A program made the position numbers and the translations under genes. A stretch of 64,000 nt of DNA, taken from the NCBI GenBank assembly GCA_028867755.1, contig JAGWFT010000001.1, forward strand, positions 996,727 to 1,060,726. The letters run 5' to 3'. Each line of letters begins with the position of its first letter. The stretch's first letter is position 1. The notes under the pieces are model-generated. The model did not search any database, had not been told where the DNA came from, and was given only the letters and a program-made list of their open reading frames with translations. Positions 58,094 through 64,000 of this stretch are shown piece by piece. Origin of the DNA: Nitrososphaerota archaeon. Lineage in GTDB: Archaea > Thermoproteota > Nitrososphaeria > Nitrososphaerales > Nitrosopumilaceae.

Positions 58094-58441
58094 TCAAACA
58101 GGCAAGACAACTTGACCTTTGTATTCAGATATGTTCTCAGATTGCAGTACTTTCACAATGGCATCTTTATGTTCGGTATTTAGTCCTCGCACAATCGCTT
58201 TTGAAATACCGTTTTTATCACACAATACTACCATGTATCCACTCACATCTGTCAAAACGAACCCTCCAGCATCATTTAGTATGGAATAAAGATTTTCCTC
58301 CCCTACTGGTTCCCATACGTTTGATTTATTGTCACGAAGAGCTAACGCTGGCATGGCTTGCCCATTTGAGATCTTATTGAGATATTCTCGAGCCGCTTTA
58401 ACTCGCTTCTCCCCAATTTTAAGAGCAGCAAAATACTGCAT
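58094..58441 (-). CDS. Conserved hypothetical protein
   Basis: 115-aa ORF. Confidence 0.7.
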   Translation of the reverse strand: MQYFAALKIGEKRVKAAREYLNKISNGQAMPALALRDNKSNVWEPVGEENLYSILNDAGGFVLTDVSGYMVVLCDKNGISKAIVRGLNTEHKDAIVKVLQSENISEYKGQVVLPV

Positions 58442-58461
58442 AATGTCAATCCATGAACTTG

Positions 58462-58992
58462 TTATTTATAGGATATCGAATCTAGAACTTCGATGAGTTC
58501 TTTTGATCTGATCTCACTTCTAGCTGATTCTACAAATTCTTGAAGTTTTTCTTTTGTGCAGCCTTCCCCAAAATATTTTGCGGCTTGTATTGCCATCTCG
58601 AGACGATCTATTTCATGTATTAGTATAGATTCCCGCGATATACCATCAAGATATTCTTTCCACAATGAGGAATATGCATTTGCAAGATGCGATGGGAGCT
58701 TTGATAATATTTCTTCCATTGCCTGATTTTCTACAATTATTTTATTTTCTTTTGTAATTTCACCTGGTATGAAATCACCTGTTATGGATTCAGCTAGGTC
58801 ATGAAGTAGAGCCATTTTTACCATTCTTTCGGTATTTAGATTCATCTTATCTGAAAATATCATTGCCATGATAGCAACCCCATAAGAGTGGTCTGCAACA
58901 GATTCAGGATTTAGCATTCCAACTTTTTCTTTCCACCCCTTTCTGGCTACTTTTTTTAATTCTAATATAGCATAAAAAAAGTCAAACAACAT
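58462..58992 (-). CDS. HD-domain phosphohydrolase (YfbR/HDDC2-like)
   Basis: LK...RKGW, ESVADHSY, LLHDLAES..GD, D.LE. Confidence 0.9.
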   Translation of the reverse strand: MLFDFFYAILELKKVARKGWKEKVGMLNPESVADHSYGVAIMAMIFSDKMNLNTERMVKMALLHDLAESITGDFIPGEITKENKIIVENQAMEEILSKLPSHLANAYSSLWKEYLDGISRESILIHEIDRLEMAIQAAKYFGEGCTKEKLQEFVESARSEIRSKELIEVLDSISYK

Positions 58993-59089
58993 ACTGTATA
59001 TCGATAAATACCAATAGTTTTAGGCTTTTGTTTAAAAAAAGACTTCAGTATACGAACAAGATAAAAATGACAAAAATGACTGGTATCCA

Positions 59090-59629
59090 TTGGTAAAAAT
59101 ATATACAAAGACAGGAGATGATGGCACCACTGGTCTTGTAGGCGGAGGTCGAATCAAAAAATCAAGTCGTCGTATTATTGCATATGGTGCAATAGATGAA
59201 CTAAATTCTGCCATAGGGATAGTTTTATCGTCTAAATTAGACTCCGATATCAGTAATCTACTCATAAGAATACAAAATGATCTTTTTGTGGTAGGTTCAG
59301 ATCTTGCAAATCCAAACTTGGAGGATCACTCAAGTCGAATTACTGATGCGATGGTTACTCATCTTGAGAATCAAATAGACCAACTAGAGTCTGAGATTTT
59401 GCCTATCACATACTTTATTCTGCCAGGAGGCGATTTGGTTGCCTCTCAAATCCATCTAGCCAGAGCTATTTGTAGAAGAGCTGAAGTAAATATTGTAGAA
59501 CTTGAAGAAAAAGAACCAATTAACAAATCTTGTCAAATCTATGTGAATCGATTATCAGATCTTCTCTTTGTAATATCTAGAACAATAAATAAACGAAAAA
59601 AGATCAAAGATGTTGCTTGGAAAAAATAA
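59090..59629 (+). CDS. pduO: ATP:cob(I)alamin adenosyltransferase, PduO type
   Basis: IYTKTGDDGTT, YGAIDELNS, FILPGG, RAICRRAE, NRLSDLLF. Confidence 0.95.
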   Translation: MVKIYTKTGDDGTTGLVGGGRIKKSSRRIIAYGAIDELNSAIGIVLSSKLDSDISNLLIRIQNDLFVVGSDLANPNLEDHSSRITDAMVTHLENQIDQLESEILPITYFILPGGDLVASQIHLARAICRRAEVNIVELEEKEPINKSCQIYVNRLSDLLFVISRTINKRKKIKDVAWKK

Positions 59630-59672
59630 GACAGACACACTTTAATTCCCCAAGAATTGGATGATTGAATGT

Positions 59673-59749
59673 GCCACCGTAGCTCAGCCCGGGAGAGCAC
59701 TCGGCTGAAGACCGAGCTGTCGCGCGTTCAAGTCCCGCCGGTGGCACCA
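59673..59749 (+). tRNA. tRNA-Phe (GAA), intronless, CCA encoded
   Basis: Acceptor GCCACCG/CGGTGGC, D-stem GCTC/GAGC, anticodon stem CTCGG/CCGAG with GAA at 59707-59709, TTCAAGT loop. Confidence 0.95.
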
Positions 59750-59779
59750 TTATAATTTAAAATAATATTCTAACTCAGA

Positions 59780-60157
59780 TTAGTTCTTCCCAATCATGGT
59801 CTGGTTTTTGTGCTGCCTGTAGGAAAGATAGGTTGTAGTTATGAGCAAAACTTGCAAAACATATCCACCAATGATTAACACTAATGCATTGTAAAGAGGA
59901 TGAAATGTAGTCATTATCTCAATATGCTTGTGAAAAGCACTGTTTCCTACTATGACTGCTACAGATATTATGAAGTTTGGAATGTAAATGCGTTTATAAT
60001 TTTTTACCGCCAAGATTGTAAGAGCTATAAAACAGCCCTCTAGTACAAGTGCTTGTAGAATAAACTTAGGATCACCCAGAGGAATTCCAAGTACTCCAAC
60101 TACCGATATAGAAGACAGGATAACAACTGGAGCTTTTTGAATTCTATCCATATGCAC
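59780..60157 (-). CDS. Hypothetical 4-TM membrane protein
   Basis: Hydrophobic 125-aa ORF. Confidence 0.7.
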   Translation of the reverse strand: MHMDRIQKAPVVILSSISVVGVLGIPLGDPKFILQALVLEGCFIALTILAVKNYKRIYIPNFIISVAVIVGNSAFHKHIEIMTTFHPLYNALVLIIGGYVLQVLLITTTYLSYRQHKNQTMIGKN

Positions 60158-60263
60158 TCGAAGGGATTTGTATTCTTAATAAAAATACTCGTTGTTATCA
60201 TTTTTCGTATCTGAAATTATCTTAAATATGAGACAGATACAGCCGTTCATAGGAAGGTAGGAC

Positions 60264-60623
60264 ATGAGTACTGCATCTACAAATGTGGGTAATTACTGTA
60301 AAAAAATACTAGACCTTGATTCAAAGATCAGGTTTGCAGGAAAGATTGTCAATGATCAATTGGTGTCATCTGCAAGAAAAGATGGCGTAATACCGCTTCT
60401 TGATAAACAACTCGCAGATCTTGCCCATCATCAAGTTGCTGTAAAAGCAGTAAGGGACAAAATGTTTACTGATAAGATGGGTAAGACAGACTGGATCGTA
60501 GAGTCAAAGGGCAAAGTGAAGCTTTTGACAGTATTTCAAGAGGATGGAATACTGATCTTATCAACAGAGCCTGTCTCTGATCACTATGCAATAATTGAGA
60601 AGATAAAAAAGCTGAAAATGTGA
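60264..60623 (+). CDS. Roadblock/profilin-like small protein (DUF6659-type, from memory)
   Basis: CKKILDLDSKIRFAG...G.TDW..E..KVKLLT; related to 61939-62331. Confidence 0.7.
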   Translation: MSTASTNVGNYCKKILDLDSKIRFAGKIVNDQLVSSARKDGVIPLLDKQLADLAHHQVAVKAVRDKMFTDKMGKTDWIVESKGKVKLLTVFQEDGILILSTEPVSDHYAIIEKIKKLKM

Positions 60624-60743
60624 ATTTTTATACGTTTAATGTTTGCGCTGGTATTTCTTGAGACGTTGAAGGTCAATTTCTCCTTTTAATACCAAATGAG
60701 ACAAGTTTAAAAGCACGATATACATTGTTGGTTAATCGTCGCA

Positions 60744-60977
60744 ATGGCCAAGGAAAAGAAAAAAGAGACAAAAAAGCCTGCAAAAAAGGAGATCAAAAAG
60801 AAGGATTCCCCTAAAGCAAAACCAAAAGAAAAAACCAAACTCAAAGAGGATATCATAGAGGAGGATTCAGGCATAATTGTCGTGGAGGATGACACAGATG
60901 TGGACAAGGAAGCTGAATTAGAAGCCAGAAAGGCGTATCTTGAAGAAGCCAGATCACAAGAAGCAGGCGATGATTAA
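60744..60977 (+). CDS. Small K-rich/E-rich disordered protein
   Basis: Basic N-half, acidic C-half. Confidence 0.65.
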   Translation: MAKEKKKETKKPAKKEIKKKDSPKAKPKEKTKLKEDIIEEDSGIIVVEDDTDVDKEAELEARKAYLEEARSQEAGDD

Positions 60978-61043
60978 GATTTAGTTTTATTTGGTTTTAT
61001 CTTGTGCATAAACACTTATCCGTAATAATGCGATTAAAAGATC

Positions 61044-61292
61044 GTGAGAGCACTGTGCTTAATTACAGTTAAACCTGGAAAGGTGGATAATGTTCTAAGA
61101 ATTTTGCAGAAGATACGAAAAATCATTAAAGAAACCATGGTAGTTACTGGTAGAGCAGACATAATAGTAGTTTTACAGGGTACAATAGATGAGATTAACA
61201 ACATGGTGATAGATTTCAAGAAAATAAAGGAAATCGTATCAACAGAAACCCTAATTGAAGTGGAGGTTGATTTAGGTTGGTCAAAGCCGTAG
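61044..61292 (+). CDS. Stand-alone Lrp/AsnC ligand-binding domain protein
   Basis: ALCLITVKPG, VTGRADII, STETLI. Confidence 0.85.
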   Translation: MRALCLITVKPGKVDNVLRILQKIRKIIKETMVVTGRADIIVVLQGTIDEINNMVIDFKKIKEIVSTETLIEVEVDLGWSKP

Positions 61293-61495
61293 TTCTAGTC
61301 AAATCCCCTAAAAAGTTGATTGCTGCAAGGCTACGCATGGTTAAATCAGTTTATGACTCATTTGCCGTAAGTGGGCAGTTTGATGCTGTGGCATTAATTG
61401 AGGTAAAAGAGCTATCTGGGATTAAAGAAGTTACTACTGAGATTCAGAACATACGAGGCGTGGAAAGAACCGAAACTATGGTTCAAGTTGTATAA
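61277..61495 (+). CDS. Stand-alone Lrp/AsnC ligand-binding domain protein
   Basis: AVVLV, VSGQFDAVALIE, GVERTETMV; 16-nt overlap with previous gene. Confidence 0.82.
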   Translation: MVKAVVLVKSPKKLIAARLRMVKSVYDSFAVSGQFDAVALIEVKELSGIKEVTTEIQNIRGVERTETMVQVV

Positions 61496-61531
61496 CATAA
61501 TAGTTTTAACTTTGGAGTTTTTAGGTCTTAT

Positions 61532-61942
61532 ATGAACATAAAGCACCTTGGGAGCGTCGTGATAGCCGTTTCCAACATGGACAAATCTATCCAATTTTAT
61601 AGTGAAATAATAGGACTGCCAATCAAGAACAAAAGAGGCGATTGGGCAGAGTTGGGAAGAGATGGTGCTACAGTAATACTACACCCTGCCTCAAAACCAA
61701 TCAATACTGGAACTTCAATTGAAAATGGCATTGTTATCGGTTTGATTGTTGGAGATGTAGAATCTGCAGTGCAAGAACTAAAATCAAAAAAAGTTACCAT
61801 ATATCGAGAAATTACCATACACAAAGCAGGAAAGAATTGTATTGTTCTTGACCCAGACAAGTACATGATCTCATTGTTTGAACCATCAGCAGAAGGTGGC
61901 CCACGACAAGCAAGAGGCTTTCATGGCTTTGCTCCAGTCTAG
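61532..61942 (+). CDS. VOC/glyoxalase family protein
   Basis: VIAVSNMDKSIQFY..IGL, WAEL, DPDKYMISLFE. Confidence 0.9.
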   Translation: MNIKHLGSVVIAVSNMDKSIQFYSEIIGLPIKNKRGDWAELGRDGATVILHPASKPINTGTSIENGIVIGLIVGDVESAVQELKSKKVTIYREITIHKAGKNCIVLDPDKYMISLFEPSAEGGPRQARGFHGFAPV

Positions 61943-62331
61943 ATTACTTTTTTAATTTTAGAAATAATTTTAGCAATTCCATCTGAGGTTATGCCTTTGC
62001 CTAATGAAATATAATAAATTCCTTCATTGCTTTGAAAAACTACCAATGTCACCTTCGCATGTTTGAATATGGCGTAATCCATCTTTCCTATCGTGATATC
62101 TATTTTATTGCGTATGTTAAACAGCACAGATACCAAAAAGAATTCGTTTCTTGCAGATTCTGGTTTTAAAAGAATGCTAGTTCCAGGCTTAACTATTCCA
62201 GTTAATGTCCTTCCATATTCATTTACAAGCCCAACATATCGTATTGAGGAAGATAGATTGAGAATCCGCTGGCATTTTTTTCGATATTTTAAAATTTCTT
62301 CATTCCATTTTTGATTTGGTGTCTTATTCAT
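61939..62331 (-). CDS. Roadblock/profilin-like small protein (DUF6659-type, from memory)
   Basis: CQRILNLSSSIRYVGLVNEYG...IGKMDYAIFKHAKV. Confidence 0.72.
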   Translation of the reverse strand: MNKTPNQKWNEEILKYRKKCQRILNLSSSIRYVGLVNEYGRTLTGIVKPGTSILLKPESARNEFFLVSVLFNIRNKIDITIGKMDYAIFKHAKVTLVVFQSNEGIYYISLGKGITSDGIAKIISKIKKVI

Positions 62332-62368
62332 AACGAACGTAATGCCATCTGTCTTTATAAAGTTCGAC

Positions 62369-62740
62369 CTAGTTTTTCTTTTCTTTGTTTTTTGCAGTCT
62401 TTAGAGCAACATTTTCCTGTCGTAGTCGTTCATTTTCTTCTTGTAACATATCCACTGCTTGTGTTTTAGAATGAATTGGATGTCCTGGCGCGAATTGATT
62501 TGGAGCCATATTGAATAAACCTGATGCATAGCGCTGGAAAGTTGCATGATATCCATCTAGCCTTCCCATCATTGCATCTTTGTCACGCACAATAGTGTCT
62601 TTAATTTTGCCAGCATTTGAAATTCCAAGTGGTGGATTTACACGTGGTGGGAGTCTTGGGAATGCAAAAGGCGAACTAAGCATATCAAACGGTTGATTGT
62701 ACAAATCTAATACCCTTTTAGCATGAATATAATCCCACAT
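62369..62740 (-). CDS. Hypothetical protein with C-terminal coiled coil
   Basis: 123-aa ORF, LQEENERLRQEN. Confidence 0.7.
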   Translation of the reverse strand: MWDYIHAKRVLDLYNQPFDMLSSPFAFPRLPPRVNPPLGISNAGKIKDTIVRDKDAMMGRLDGYHATFQRYASGLFNMAPNQFAPGHPIHSKTQAVDMLQEENERLRQENVALKTAKNKEKKN

Positions 62741-62883
62741 AACAGCAAGTCTAGTTGGCCCTTATTTCATGTTTACGCACAAACTCATTCATTAGATAAC
62801 CTATCATGTCAAGTGCTGGTCATTTTTTATCAAATTCCGTTGATCGCAGATCCTTATAGAATGGCCAGATCGAGATCAAACAA

Positions 62884-63033
62884 ATGTCAAAAACAATATC
62901 CATGAACTGTATAAAATGTAAAAAAAATATTATTTCAACAGATTTATACAAAATTGTAATGTATATTGTTGATCAAAAGTTTACCGATCATCATTATGAA
63001 CATGTTGAATGCCCAGACAAATTCATCATCTAA
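62884..63033 (+). CDS. 49-aa CxxC..HxxC zinc-binding microprotein
   Basis: MSKTISMNCIKCKKNIISTDLYKIVMYIVDQKFTDHHYEHVECPDKFII. Confidence 0.65.
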   Translation: MSKTISMNCIKCKKNIISTDLYKIVMYIVDQKFTDHHYEHVECPDKFII

Positions 63034-63821
63034 ACATGTAATGCATAAACATCATAGATTTTTCCAGTTTCTTTATCGTGATACGTCCATTGGTTTCCGT
63101 GCCATTCTACTTTTTTGAACAGATCTCTTAGAGATGGATGAAGTTTTTCATAAACATCTTCACCAATTAAGATCTGATTTGGCCTTGCTAACGCAGTAAT
63201 CTTTGCAGCTATGCTTACTGCTGGGCCCAAAATATCTACATGCGATCTAAGTTTATCAGATCCATATCTTACTATTGCATTTTCGCCAAAATCCATTCCT
63301 ATTTTTACACGTAGGTCTGGATAGTCGTATTCGCTTAGAATTGGATTGATCCCTCGCTCTATAACATCGATCATGGCTTTTGCACAGTTTACTGCACTAT
63401 CTGAAACAACAAGTGGGTTTTCTTCTGCAACAAAATAACCTATGACTGCATCACCTACATACTTGAGTACATAGCCTCCATAATTTCTAATCACGTATCT
63501 CATTTCCTGAGAAAATGAACTGATAATTATGCCCAATTTCTCTGCCGGTAGGATTAAAGACATTTCTGTCGAACCGACAAGATCTACAAACACTACAATC
63601 ATGTGCTGTCTTTGTGAAACATGTTCACGTAGGAACTGGTCAGACTCATCTTCCGAATACCCGTATTCGTACCCTTTTTTGAGAGACCCCCAAACCCTCT
63701 TTTGAGTTTCTTTAATGAGCGATTCAGTATCAAGACAGCCTGTCTTTCCACCGCTTAGCATCATATCCACTATATTACTAGTGTTCTTCTCTTCTGGCTT
63801 GGACTCTGATTCGTTACTCAT
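63030..63821 (-). CDS. Class III adenylate/guanylate cyclase, soluble
   Basis: FVDLVGST, LKYVGDAV, VKIGMDFG, VDILGPAVSIAAK. Confidence 0.9.
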   Translation of the reverse strand: MSNESESKPEEKNTSNIVDMMLSGGKTGCLDTESLIKETQKRVWGSLKKGYEYGYSEDESDQFLREHVSQRQHMIVVFVDLVGSTEMSLILPAEKLGIIISSFSQEMRYVIRNYGGYVLKYVGDAVIGYFVAEENPLVVSDSAVNCAKAMIDVIERGINPILSEYDYPDLRVKIGMDFGENAIVRYGSDKLRSHVDILGPAVSIAAKITALARPNQILIGEDVYEKLHPSLRDLFKKVEWHGNQWTYHDKETGKIYDVYALHV

Positions 63822-63826
63822 TTATC

Positions 63827-63958
63827 TCACTCTAATGGAAAATTTACTCCGCACACTGGACATTGACCTCTTTCTCCTTTGTATTTTATATCAAAGTATT
63901 GCACAATTTCTGCGTTGCAATTCCAGCATATTATCTTCCTAAATGAGGATTTTGCCAT
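63827..63958 (-). CDS. 43-aa zinc-ribbon microprotein
   Basis: MAKSSFRKIICWNCNAEIVQYFDIKYKGEKGQCPVCGVNFPLE; 5 nt upstream of cyclase start. Confidence 0.72.
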   Translation of the reverse strand: MAKSSFRKIICWNCNAEIVQYFDIKYKGERGQCPVCGVNFPLE

Positions 63959-64000
63959 CTCGTATAATGAAAATTGCTCATATTGATATTTAAACTACCT

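Noticed and set aside
59630-64000. Integrated element at tRNA-Phe
   Set aside because: No integrase or transposase and no duplicated tRNA 3' end seen; downstream genes look like ordinary AOA small genes.

Overview
64 kb of archaeal chromosome, inferred to come from an ammonia-oxidising archaeon (Nitrososphaerota/Thaumarchaeota, Nitrosotalea/Nitrosopumilales-like). The basis is PEFG-CTERM proteins, archaeal EF-1alpha/uS10/Rpo12, bifunctional FBP aldolase/phosphatase, type II GAPDH, a HP/HB-cycle-type 3-hydroxyacyl-CoA dehydrogenase and low GC. The first ~26 kb is an accessory cell-surface and signalling region. It holds a type IV pilus (not archaellum) locus: three class III signal-peptide pilins (one an 831-aa LamG adhesin-pilin), a secretion ATPase, a T2SS-F platform protein, a prepilin peptidase and a repeat-rich surface protein. 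A MoxR/CbbQ-type AAA+ ATPase plus vWA pair and a possible SecB-like protein are embedded in this locus. It is flanked by a KaiC-like ATPase lacking the catalytic glutamates, two closely related TrmB regulators and a duplicated 'small helical domain + stand-alone 7TM sensor' module. The rest is mostly housekeeping (thrC, gap, HMG-CoA synthase, rpo12-rpsJ-tuf, fbp, hef, polB, pduO, tRNA-Phe, adenylate cyclase). Notable oddities: a ~134-aa Q/P/N-rich tail on FBPase, an SDR whose only plausible start is ACG, a frameshifted micro-gene, and seven Cys/His-rich microproteins missing from the ORF track. No CRISPR array, transposase or integrase was seen. Family assignments come from motif recognition only; no database searches were run.
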